A DNA stretch of 64,000 bases from Callorhinchus milii. Its lineage: Eukaryota. Location of the stretch: the NCBI RefSeq assembly GCF_018977255.1, contig NW_024704742.1, forward strand, positions 138,014,001 to 138,078,000. Reading direction: 5' to 3'. The translations under genes were made by a program, and so were the position numbers. The notes under the pieces are model-generated. The model did not search any database, was not told the DNA's origin, and saw only the letters and a list, made by a program, of their open reading frames with translations. Below are positions 13,301 to 26,400 of this stretch, in pieces (within the stretch, counting starts at the first letter, position 1; each line of letters opens with the position of its first letter).

Positions 13301-16300
13301 GCTCATAACCTTGTCCTCCATCAACTGTCTTCATTCAGAATCAATCCTCATCACAACCTGAAGTGACACTGTTCAGTTAGTCACTCACTCCGTGACCTCC
13401 TCACTGTCAGTGTGCTCCTCACCCTGTGCCCTCTCACTGAGCTCAGCCACGTTGACATCTTGGCATTCATTGATTTGCTTGGCAATCAGTCAATGGGCTG
13501 GGGCCTGGGGCTCAGGCTGGGGGCTGGGGTTGGGGTGGAGTTGGGGCTGGGGGTTGGTGTTGGGGCTGGGGTTGATGTTAAAGCTATATCCCAGACCTAC
13601 CCAACTCCTCAGAACCCAAACATCTCAGCTAAACCCAAATAAACCCTGACAAACTGGGTGGTTGTGGTCTGTGGAGTTGGGTAGGTTTGGGCTGGGTTGA
13701 TCTGGGTTGGTTGGGGGTGTGCGGGTGGGTTAGTTGGCTAGTTAAGTTGGCCTGGGTTGGGTGGTGATAGTGGAGTAGAGCTGGGTTGAGCCTGGTTGAC
13801 CAGGGCTGTGTTTTGGGGGTTGACAGTTGCCATCTGTGTGTATGGTGGGGAGGGCTTTGGGGGCAGAAATTAACGTGGTGGGGTGGGGGTGGGGGGTGGA
13901 AGCAGGCTGTAACAGTGACTTGTTCTCACATCTCTCCGGCTCAGGTGCTGACGGGATAGGCAGTGGACATTATGGACAGCGTTACACGGTGAACAGTAAG
14001 ATCGGGGACGAGGATAGCTTTGACATTGATGATTCGGATTACGACATCTACATTGAGCAGGTGAGATGGTGCTCAGGTGCGATACAGTCAGCGGGAACCA
14101 AACTCAACCTCAATCCATCCCATGGGCCTCATGTCTCACCTGGTGGAGTGAGGGTATCACCCAGGGGGGACATGTAGCTTGGAGTCCTGCAGCTCAGTGG
14201 TTAGAGCCCTCGTCTCACAAGCGAGAGGACCTGGGTTCGATTCCCGGGCAGGAGGCGAAATGTTGGGCAAATTTCCTTACTCCACACACCTCTGTTTACC
14301 AGCAGTGACGAGGAACCCGGTTGTTAGTCGATTGGTGGATCGCTTTCCCAGGGATAATAACCCCTTCAAAAAATAACAACAGTAATAATAATTTGGTCAC
14401 TCAATCCACGGCTGTTTGTGGGGACGCTGCTGTGTGCAATCGGCTGCTGCGTTTCGCCCGCAAAATACACAGTCACTACGCTTTACAGTATATTCTGTGA
14501 AGCGCTTTGAGACGTCTCGAAGACGTGATAAAGTGTTATATCAAATGCAAGGATTATTATTATTATTAAGTACTGAGCTCAGGGTCGAGGCTGATGCTCC
14601 GGCACAATGCTGGACAGGAAGCTGCGTGTCAGAGATGCCGTGGTTCAGGTGAGACACGAAGGCGGGTCTTTAAGGCTGTATTTAGGACTATTTCGGAATA
14701 TTCTCAATTCCAACCTGAATTTGGAGACAGTCTCTATGAAAATTTGACTTCCAAATTCACAGAATTTTGAATTGTGCCCAGTTTTACATGTTGATCCATT
14801 GGTCTAAGACCGTGATAACTTTTGGTTCTCAGGACTCCATGTCATTACTATATTCTAATACCCTACCCTGCCTGAGGCACCATATTAATGCAAGTTGTTG
14901 TTTGTTGTTGTTGTTGGGAGCTTTACTGTGTCTCTAACCCTGACCTGGGAGTGTGGACGCACAGTGTAGAGGGAGCGTTACTGTGTCTCTAACCCTGACC
15001 TGGGAGTGTGGACGCACAGTGTAGAGGGAGATGGCAATCAGAGTAAGTTGTATTTGTTGTTGATGGAAATATCTTGTGTTTCCAGCTTCAGTCACTTCCT
15101 GCCCTGAAGGGTGGAAAGAAGTTCCGAGTCCAGACTCCGATGACCTCTAACCCCACGGAGAGTGTGACACAGAGCAAGACCACCACAACAGCACCCACGA
15201 AACCCCCCACCACACTGCCTCCCCCCACGACCGGCCCCATCCAGACGGACGCCCCCAGGTCCCGGGGCGAGGCAGGGCAGGTGCTGGACACTCAGTGTGA
15301 GGAGGCCACTTGCCCTGTTGACAGCTTCTGTATGAACGAGTACGAGACTGGAGGCTGCCGGTGCCACTGTAACCTGGGCAAGGGCGGCGAGACCTGCAGC
15401 GATGGTGAGAGCAACACTGAGAACCTGCAGGGTGCGGGCACACCCCAGACATATACCCACACAATCCTGTAGCTCAGGGGTTAGAGCCCTCGCCTCGCAA
15501 ACGAGAGGACCCGGGTTTGATTCCCGGGCAGGGGGCGAAACATTGGGCAGGTTTCCTTACTCCACACGCCTCTGTTTACCAGCAGTCAGTAGGAACCTGT
15601 TTTTTAGTCGATTGGGATCACTTTCCGGGAGTAATAATCCCTTCAAAAAAATAATAATAATAATAATTTGGTCACTCAATCCACGACTGTTTGTGGGACA
15701 TTGCTGTGCGCAATTTGCTGCCGTGTTTCGCCCACAAAATATACGGTCAATTCACTTTACAGTGTGTTCTGTGAAGCGCTTTGGGACGTCCTCCCGACGT
15801 GAAAAGCGCTACATCAAATGCAAGGATTATTATTATTAATATTAATATCAAATGCAAGGATTATTAATGCAAGGTGGGCTGGAGTGGGGGAGGGAGAGAA
15901 CTTTATAGAGGTGTGTAAACGTGTAAATGGGATTGAAAAGTAAACCCAGATCATCGCTGTCAGATACACTGAGACAGTAGAACAAGAGGCCACAGGGTTA
16001 GAGTTTAGTGTAAAGGGTCATTTTAGGACAGACACCAGGAAGTGTTTCTTTACCCAGAGGGTAATTAACGAGTGGAACAGGGTTAGCAGGAAGGGTGGGG
16101 GGGGGGCAGGACAGTGCCGCTCACACCATAGAATCATAGATTCATACAGCGCAGAAGGAGGCCATTCGGCCCATCGTGTCTGTGTTGGCTCTTTGAAAAG
16201 AGCTTCCAAATCAACCCCACTCCCCCCGCGCTCTCCCCATAGCCCCGATCAACCCCACTCCCCCCGCACTCTCCCCATAGCCCCGATCAACCCCACTCCC

Positions 16301-19300
16301 CCCGCGCTCTCCCCATAGCCCCGATCAACCCCACTCCCCCGCTCTCTCCCCATAGCCCTGATCAACCCGACTCCACCGCGCTCTCCCCATAGCCCTGATC
16401 AACCCCACTCCCCCGCTCTCTCCCCATAGCCCTGATCAACCCCACTCCCCCGCTCTCTCCCCGTAGCCCTGATCAGCCCCACTCCCCCACTCTCTCCCCA
16501 TAGCCCTGATCAACCCGACTCCACCGCGCTCTCCCCATAGCCCTGATCAACCCCACTCCCCCGCTCTCTCCCCATAGCCCTGATCAACCCCACTCCCCCG
16601 CTCTCTCCCCATAGCCCTGATCAACCCCACTCCCCCGCTCTCTCCCCATAGCCCTGATCAACCCCACTCCCCCGCTCTCTCCCCGTAGCCCCGATCAACC
16701 CCACTCCCCCGCTCTCTCCCCGTAGCCCTGATCACCCCCACTCCCCCGCTCTCTCCCCGTAGCCCTGATCACCCCACTCCCCCGCTCTCTCCCCGTAGCC
16801 CTGATCAACCCCACTCCCCCGCTCTCTCCCCGTAGCCCTGCAAACTTGTCCTCCCCAAATAATGATGCACTTCCCTCTTGTTATGGAGTCGGCTTCCCTC
16901 AGCCTTTCAGGCAATGGATTCCGGATCCCGACAACTCACTGTGTGAAAAAAAACAGGTCGTCTCAAAGTGCTTCGATGGGTTTCCACGTGTGTCAGATAC
17001 CCAGTTCCCAACCGAGAGCTGTACACATGTGTGTTATATTGTGTAATGACGGCTCACTCTCTCTCTCCGCACAGATGTCCCTGTACAATATCCCCGGTTC
17101 TATGGCTATTCCTACCTGACATTTGAGCCGCTGAAAAACTCTTACCTTAAATTTCAAATCACCATCGAGTTCAAGGTAAGGGGAGTCTGGCTGAGGAAGA
17201 GAGAAGGTTAACACCAGCTCTCTCTCTCTCTCTCTCTCTCTATCTGTCTGTCTGTCTCTGTCTGTCTGTCTGTCTGTCTGTCTGTCCGTTAGTCAGTCAG
17301 TCACATAACATTGTCGTTCACTTCATGTGCTGCGTGAGACCTGAAACGTTCCTCTACGACTGTGCTTACGGTCACCCCCACCCCCCCCCCCCCCCCCCCA
17401 CCCCCCCCCCACCGGCTCAGTATCATGCTCAGCAATGTCAAGCGCTGTGAGGCGCTAACCTGCGCGTTGTGTGTAAATTGGCTGCCGAGTTCATCCACAA
17501 CACACACAGTCACTACACTTCACCGTGAATCCCTGTCCAAAGCTTTGAGCCGTGTTGATGTTGCAGAAGTTGAATCAAATACAACTTATTTCTTCCTTCT
17601 GGTCTTTCTTTTGTACGTGGGAGAACTGCGGTCACTGTGTTTCTCTCTCCCTCTCGCTCTCTGTTTCGCTCCCTCTCTCCCTCCGGCTCTCTCTTGGTCT
17701 CTGCGTCTGTCTCTCTCTCTATCCGCTTCTCTCTCTCTGTCCCTCTCTTTCTCCGACTCTCTCTGTTTCTCTCCCATGCTCTCGCTATTTCTTTCTGTAC
17801 GTCTCTTCTCTCTCGCTCTTTCTCTCTGTCTACCTCTCTCACCATCTTTGTTTCTCTGTGTCTGTCTCTGTCTCTCTCGCTGTCTCTCTGTCACCGTCTC
17901 TCTCTCTCTGTCTGTCTCTCTCTCTCCATCTCTCTTGTATTTTTCTCTTTATCTCCCCCTCTCTCTCTCCCTCTCCCCAGACGGAGTTGGAGGATGGGTT
18001 GCTGTTATATTGCGGGGAGAACGAGCTGGGCCGCGGCGACTTTCTCTCTCTGGCCGTCATCAGGCGCCGAGTCCACTTCAGGTAAAACATCGCAGGTTTC
18101 CTCACTCCCCGCGCTCTCTCTCCATCGTGTCTCTCTCTCCCTGCTCTCTCTCTCTCCCCATCGTGTCTCTCTCTCCCTGCTCTCTCTCTCTCCCCATCGT
18201 GTCTCTCTCTCCCTGCTCTCTCTCTCTCCCCATCGTGTCTCTCTCTCCCTGCTCTCTCTCTCTCCCCATCGTGTCTCTCTCTCCCTGCTCTCTCTCTCTC
18301 CCCATCGTGTCTCTCTCTCCCTGCTCTCTCTCTCTCCCCACCGTGTCTCTCTCTCTCCCTGCTCTCTCTCTCTCCCCATCGTGTCTCTCTCTCCCTGCTC
18401 TCTCTCTCTCCCCATCGTGTCTCTCTCCCTGCTCTCTCTCTCTCCATCGTGTCTCTCTCTCCCTGCTCTCTCTCTCTCCCCATCGTGTCTCTCTCTCTGC
18501 TCTCTCTCTCTCCCCATCGTGTCTCTCTCTCCCTGCTCTCTCTCTCTCCCCATCGTGTCTCTCACTCCCTGTCTCCCCATCGTGTCTCTCTCTCTGCTCT
18601 CTCTCTCCCCATCGTGTCTCTCACTCCCTGTCTCCCCATCGTGTCTCTCTCTCTCCCTGCTCTCTCTGTCTCCCCATCGTGTCTCTCTCTCTCCCTTCTC
18701 TCTCTGTCTCCCCATCGTGTCTCTCTCCCTGCTCTCTCTGTCTCCCCATCGTGTCTCTCTCCCTGCTCTCTCTGTCTCCCCATCGTGTCTCTCTCCCTGC
18801 TCTCTCTGTCTCCCCATCGTGTCTCTCTCCCTGCTCTCTCCCCATCCTGTGTGTCACTGTCAGTGTTAGTAACCTCACTCCCCGTTCCTCCTCATCTCTC
18901 CTGATTCCTCCATTAACAATCCTATCAGTGATTACGACACTGTTCCCCAGCTCTCTCCTTTTCCTGGTCAGAAGATCTCGTTGACTTGTCCTCGCTATTG
19001 TCCTGTAGCTCAGGGGTTAGAGCCCTCCCCTCGCAAGCGAGAGGACCAGGGGGCGAGACATCGGGCAAGTTTCCTTACCTCACACGCCTCGGTTTACCCA
19101 ACAGTAAGTAGGTACCCGGTTGTTAGTCGATCAGTGGATCGCTTCCCGGGGATAATAAACCCTTAAAAAGAAATTGGTCGCTCAACCCGCGACTGTTCGT
19201 GGGACGCTGCTGTGCGCAATTGGCTGCCGCGTTTCACCGACAAAATACACAGTCACTAGACTTCACAGCATATTCTGGGAAGCCCCTTGAGATGTCTCAA

Positions 19301-20272
19301 CGATGCGTCTCTCTCTCTCTCTCTCGCTCTCTCTCTGGCAGGTATAACTGCGGCACGGGGCCCGCTATGCTGGTCAGTGAGAGTAAGATCCAGTTGGGAC
19401 GTTGGCACACGGTGACGTTTGGGCGCGAGGGGGTAAATGGTTGGTTACGTCTGGACAACGACCCGCCCGTCACCGGCAAGTCCAAGGTAACTGCCCCTTG
19501 GCAACTCCCAGGACATTCAGGCCCTCTCTGAGCCTCTATCTGTTTGTGTGACAGGGCCTGTGTTTAGATCTGTGTGTGTGTGTGTGACAGGGCCTGTGTT
19601 TAGATCTGTGTGTGTGTGTGAGACAGGGCCTGTGTTTAGGTGTGTGTGTGAGACAGGGCCTGTGTTTAGGTGTGTGTGTGTGACAGGGCCTGTGTTTAGA
19701 TCTGTGTGTGTGTGTGAGACAGGGCCTGTGTTTAGGTGTGTGTGTGAGACAGGGCCTGTGTTTAGGTGTGTGTGTGTGACAGGGCCTGTGTTTAGGTGTG
19801 TGTGTGAGACAGGGCCTGTGTTTAGGTGTGTGTGTGTGACAGGGCCTGTGTTTAGATCTGTGTGTGTGTGTGAGACAGGGCCTGTGTTTAGGTGTGTGTG
19901 TGAGACAGGGCCTGTGTTTAGGTGTGTGTGTGTGACAGGGCCTGTGTTTAGGTGTGTGTGTGAGACAGGGCCTGTGTTTAGGTGTGTGTGTGTGTGACAG
20001 GGCCCGTGTTGTGTTACAGGGACACTACACTAAGATCACCTTGCGCTCCCCCCTGTACCTGGGGGGGGCTCCCAGCGTTTACTGGCTGGTGCGGGCGATT
20101 GGTACCAACCGTGGGCTTCAGGGCTGTGCTCAGGCCCTGGTGATTAACGGGCATCGGGTGGACATGAGGCCCTGGCCTGTGGGCAGAGGCCTGAGCGGGG
20201 CTGACGTGGGTAAGTCAAAGCACTTAGAGACGTCGCGACAATGTGATAACAACAACAGCAACAAATGCAAGG

Positions 20273-20348
<76 letters not shown>

Positions 20349-23300
20349 GTCAGTCTCTGACACGGTTTATGTTGTCACCGACACCAGGCGGGTTTAATTT
20401 ACCCAGAGGATAACCGTGGAGACCGGTAGCTCAGGGGTTAGAGCCCTCGCCTCGCAAGCGAGAGGACCCGGGTTCGATTCCGGGCCGGGGGGCGAGACGT
20501 TGGCCAAGTTTCCTCACTCCACGCGCCTCTGTTTATCAGCAGTCAGTAGGAACCCGGTTGTTAGTCGATCGACGGATCACTTTTCGGGGGTGTAATAATC
20601 CCTTCAAAATAAACATGTTTGCGGGACGCTGCTGTGTGCGCAATTGGTTGCTGCGTTTCGCCCGCAACATACACAGTCACTACACTTTACGGTGTATCCT
20701 ACGAAGCGCCGTGAGACGTCTCATGGACATGATAAGGCGCTGTATGAACCGCGAGGATCATTATTATATAACGAGTGGAACGGGGTTAGAGGGAAGGGGG
20801 TAAATTGAGGCCAGGACACTGGGACTGGATTATGCTGTGATGGGGTGGTGGGGGGGGGGGGGGGTCGGGGGGGGTTCGAAGGGTCTTCATCTGACCCCAT
20901 CTTGCGATCTATTGCTGTTCGCATCAGGTCAGTAATTTAATTGATTGGTGTACGGCTCCTACTATGGACCTCTACGTATTTCTCTGTCCCTCTGCCTCTC
21001 CGTCCCTCTGTATCTCTCTGTCTGCCCTCTCTCTGCCGGTCTTCTACTCGCTCTGGTTTGCGCTGTTTCTCTCGCTCTCCCTCACTCGCTCTGTTTCTCA
21101 CTCTTTTCCCCTGGTCTTTTCTCACTCCGCCTCACCCACTATTTCTCTCGCTCTTCTCGTCTCTCTCTCTCTCTCTCTCTCTTTCTCACTCTCCGTTTCG
21201 CTCTCACCCCCTTCCCGTTTTCACACGCTGTGCGGCGCGTCTCTCGCTCTCTGTCCGTCTCTCGTTCTCATTTTGTCTCTCTCGCTCACTCGGTTTCTAT
21301 CTCTCACTCGGTGTCTTTCTCTCTCTGTCTCTCTCACTGTCTCTCTCTCTCTCTGTTTCTCTCACTCACCCTTTCATTCTGTGTCTCAGTCTCTCTCCCT
21401 CACACTCCGTCTGTCTCTCTCTCTCTCTCACACTCTGTCTGTGTCTCACACCCTCTCACAGTCTGTCTCTCTCTCTCTCTCGCACACACTCTCACACTCT
21501 CTCTCGCTCTCTCACACACTCACATTCTGTCTCTCTCACTCTCACATTCTGCCTCTCTCTGTCACTCTCTCTCTCTCTCTCTCTCTCTCCAGGTGAATGC
21601 AGCACTGGGTTGTGTCATCAGGTTTCCTGTTCGAACGGTGGAGTGTGTGTTGCTAACCGTGCAGACTCCTACCTGTGCCTGTGTCCCCTGGGATTCCGCG
21701 GCAAACACTGCGAGGAAGGTACGACCAGCCCAGACTTTCTCCTTTATTACTGTGTGGAGTCATCCCTCGCTCTCGCTTCCGAGTCAGGAGGTTGTGGCTT
21801 CGAGCCCCACGTCAGGGGCTCTGAGCTCACAGTCCGAGGCAGATGCTCCATCGCAGCGCTGGGGGGATAGAGAGAGAGAGAGAGAGAGACTCGTCCTTCA
21901 GATGAGGCGTTAAATCTCGCTCCCCGTCTGTGTCCTCAATCCATGACTGTTTGTGCCCATCTGTGACCAGCGCTCCCTCTGCCTCCTCGTCCTCCTTGAC
22001 CTCTCTGCTGCTTTCGACACCGTCGACCACTCTATCCTCATCCACCGCCTCTCCTCTCACCTCAACCTCCGCGGCGCTGTCCTTGACTGGTTCAGATCGT
22101 ACCTCTCACACCTCCTGTACTTCATCTCCTCAAACGGTTTCTCCTCCAAACCCCCGCACCGTCTGGTGCAGTGTTCCTCAGGGCTCTGTCCTCGGTCCCC
22201 TCCTCTTCAATATACGCTCCCTCTCGGTGACATCTTCCACAGACACGGGGTCAACTTCCACTTGACAATAGTTCTCCTGATTGTCTCCCGTCAGCGCCTC
22301 CTCACCTCAGGCCCTGACAGCATCACCATCCCTGGGGCTCACTCCCCCTCACTGCGCCAGTCCCGAACCTTGGGGTCTGGTTTGACCCTCAACTATCCTT
22401 TCTACCCCACATCTGCGCCATGACCCGCTCTGCCTTCCCCACCCCCGCAACATGGCCCGACTCCCCCACTGTCTCACACCGCAGCCCCCGAGACCCTCAC
22501 ACACACCTCCATTACAGCCAGACTCCACTATGCAAACTCCCTCCTTGTCGGCCCCCAACTCCTCCCTCCACAGACTGCAGATCATCCCGAACTAACTCTG
22601 CAGCCCGTGTCCTCTCCCCCACCCCATCACCCCCATCCTCACCCCCACCAGGCTCCCCGACCCCATCACACCCATCCTCACCCCCACCAGGCTCCCCAAC
22701 CCCATCACCCCCATCCTCACCCCCACCAGGCTCCCCAACCCCATCACCCCCATCCTCACCCCCACCAGGCTCCCCGACCCCATCACCCCCATCCTCACCC
22801 CCACCAGGCTCCCCCACCCCATCACCCCCATCCTCACCCCCACCAGGCTCCCCGACCCCATCACCCCATCCTCCCCCCACCAGGCTCCCCGACCCCATCA
22901 CCCCCATCCTCACCCACACCAGGCTCGGTGACCCCATCACCCCCATCCTCAACTCCTCTGGCTTCCCATCACACAGAGGATACAGTTCAAGATCCTAATC
23001 CTCACCTTCAAAGCCCCCCATGGTCTTGCTCCCTCGTACCTCTCCGACCTCCTAACCCCCAACCATCCTGTTCACTTCCTCCGCTCAGCGGGCTCCGGCC
23101 TGCTTCACATTCTCCGCCTCGCTCGGCCCACTATCGGACGGGCGGGCCTTCTGCCACTCTGCCCCCACCCTCTGGAACTCCATCCTGCAGTCCCTCCGTC
23201 TCACCCCCTCCCTCGCCACCTTCAAGACCCACCTCAAGACCCTCCCCTTTGAGTGCGTTTTCGATCTCTCTGAGATCGAAATGACATTACTGTGCGCAAT

Positions 23301-23412
23301 TGGCCGCCGCCTTTCGCCCACAAAACATACAGTCACTACACTTTACAGTATATTCTGTGAAGAGCTTTGCGACGTCGCGACGACGTGATGAGGTGCTGTG
23401 CTAAATGCCAGG

Positions 23413-23446
<34 letters not shown>

Positions 23447-26400
23447 TGAATCCCAGCAGCAGGTGGCGCCGTTTCCCCGTCTGCAGTGAGCCACGGTCCG
23501 AGAGGGTGGTACTCCGCCCCCTGGAGGCCATCACACTCATTGCATCTCTCTTGGAGCCAATGCAACACACAGCTCCTTCCAAGTTGGGAGGGCGTCCCAA
23601 GGCCTGATAGTCCGCGGATGGACACCTGAGCTCGGGAGGTGGTAACCGAGGGGGTAACTGAGGGGGAAACGATGACCAAAGGCACGGTCAGGAAGGTTGC
23701 TCCTGGGACGCTGCTGTGCGCAATTGGCTGCCATGTTTCGCCCACAAATATACAGTCGATTCACTTTACAGTATATCCTGTGAAGCGCTTTGAGACGTCT
23801 CGAAGACGTGATAGGGCGCTATATCAAATGCAATGATTATTATTATTATTATTATACCAGTGTAATTTGTTCGTGCCCTCCGTTGCACTCCGCTTTCAGC
23901 TACAAAGCCCCGAAACTCTGGAACACTCCCCCTCTATCCCTCCGCTTTGCCCCTTCCTTCCCCACCTTCAGATGGCGCCTGAGGACCTTCCTCTTCGACC
24001 GTTGTCTACAGTCACCTCCCCCCCGGCCTGGCGTCAGGCTCCGCAGTGCCAAGCGCTGTGGGACACTGCCCTGGGTGAGGGGGCCGCTGTGCACAGGCAG
24101 GTTGTGACGTTGTTGTTGTTGTTGTTTGTGTGTTTGCCGGGGCAGGTTTCCGGTTGGTGTTGCCGGAGTTTAACGGCACTCTGCTGTCCTTCGCGGCCCT
24201 GCACTGGCCAATGGACGCCCGTCACTACCTGTCCTTCACCGAGTTCCTGATCGCCCTCCGGCCGGCCCGGGCTGACGGCCTGATCCTCTACAGCTACGAC
24301 ACCCAGAGCAAGGACTTCCTCTCCCTCCGCCTTCTCCGGGGCTTCCTGGAATTCCGCTTCGACTGTGGCTCCGGCACAGCCGTCATCAGGTCAGCCCGGA
24401 GCGCCCCGGCGTTCCCGAACCTTCCCCGCCAGGAGAGGGCCCGGTGCCAGGGCTTCAGGATTCCTCCGTTGATGGAATGTAGTGGATCCCTGGAGCTTAG
24501 CGGTTCATTCTCACACTCTCACACTCTGTCTCGCACTCTGTCTCACTCACACTCCACACTGCCACCACATCACACCATGCCACTCACACTCACACCCACT
24601 CCCGCTCACACTCAACACTCACACTCCCACTCAAGCACTCACACCACATGCACTCACACTCTCACCACTGCCCGCTCACACTCCAACTACTCACACTCTC
24701 ACACTCAAGCACTCACACTCTCACACTCAAGCACTCACACTCTCACACTCGCTCACACTCAAGCACTCACACTCTCACACTCGCTCACACTCAAGCACTC
24801 ACACTCTCACTCAAGCACTCACACTCAAGCACTCACACTCTCACACTCGCTCACACTCAAGCACTCACACTCTCACTCGCTCACACTCAAGCACTCACAC
24901 TCTCACACTCGCTCACACTCAAGCACTCACACTCTCGCACCCTCACGTACCCTCTCTCTCACACTCTCTCACACTCTGTCTCACACTCTGCCTCTGTCTC
25001 ACTCGCACTCACTCTGTCTTACGCACACACACTTTCTCCCACTCTCTCCCACACTCCCTCCCTCTCTATCTCACACTCCCTCCCTCTCCCTCTCTCCCTC
25101 TCTCTGTAGATAGAGCTGAATGACCGGCCATCGCGGCTGCAGCAGGATTTTGTGTTGGGCGTGAATGTTGTCAACGCTCCTCACGCCTGTGTCTCTAAAT
25201 CCCTGTCACAACGGCGGCTCCTGTCGCCCAATGTGCGACACCTTCCAGTGTGACTGTCCTCTCGGCTTCGATGGCGATCGCTGCCAGAAAGGTGAGAGAG
25301 AGAGAGACGGGAGAGGCGTGTGTAGAGTGAGAGAGTGAGCAGGATGTGAGATGTGGAGAGAGAGCGAGAGAGGTGGGGAGAGTGTGATGCGAGAGAGAGA
25401 GAGAGAGAGGACTGGAGAGGGTGGAGACAGTAAGGTGTGCAGAGAGAGAGAGAGAGAGAGGAGTGTGAAAGGAGAGAGACTTGAGAACAGAAGAAAGGGT
25501 GAGTGAGAGAAAGAGAGGGTGGGGGAGAGAATGAAGGGGAGAGCGGAGTTGAGTGTGAGACGGGGTGGGGGGTGGGGGAGAGAGCGGAGAAGGGTGAGAG
25601 TGTGAATGAAAGAGAAGGGGAGAGAGAGACAGAAGAGGAGAAGGGAGTGAGAGACACGATGGGAGAGAGAGAAGGAGTTAAGAGAGAGAGACGACGATGG
25701 GGAGAATTAGGGGAGTGAGAGACAGAGGTGTGAGAGAGAGATACAGGGAGAGAGTGTGTAGAACGAATGGGAGAGGAGTAGAGCAGAGACCTGAGACTAC
25801 ATGCAGGCAGGAGGGGGAGAGAGAGCAGCGATGGGGGGAGAAGGAGAAGAGAGAGACAGCGATGGGGGAGAGAGAGAGCACGTGGGGGGAGAGAGAGACA
25901 CGATGGAGGAGAGAGAGAGAGAGAGAGAGAGCACGATGGGGAGAGAGAGAGAGCAGGGAGAGAGAGACACGATGGGGAGAGAGAGAGAGCAGGGAGAGAG
26001 AGAGCACGATGGGGAGAGAGAGAGACAGGAGAGAGAGACACGATGGGGAGAGAGAGAGAGCAGGTGGGGGAGAGAGAGACAGAGAGAGAGAGAGAGCGAG
26101 GGGGAGAGAGAGAGAGCGATGGAGAGAGAGCGCGAGAGAGAGACACGTGGGGGAGAGAGAGACGCGGGGGAGAGAGAGCACGTGGGGGGAGAGAGTGAGA
26201 GAAGCAGCGCTGGGGGAAAGTGAGAGNNNNNNNNNNNNNNNNNNNNNNNNNGTCGAGGCTGATGCTCCGGCACAATGCTGGACAGGAAGCTGCGTGTCAG
26301 AGATGCCGTGGTTCAGGTGAGACACGAAGGCGGGTCTTTAAGGCTGTATTTAGGACTATTTCGGAATATTCTCAATTCCAACCTGAATTTGGAGACAGTC

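Noticed and set aside
14181..14255. tRNA-like sequences (many copies)
   Set aside because: SINE heads: they continue into a shared body and (ATT)n tail, and vary in the anticodon region
17362..18984. Ser/Leu-rich and Arg/Glu-rich long ORFs (also 28988-30462, 36791-38991, 42143-43549)
   Set aside because: Translations of (CT)n/(GA)n minisatellites
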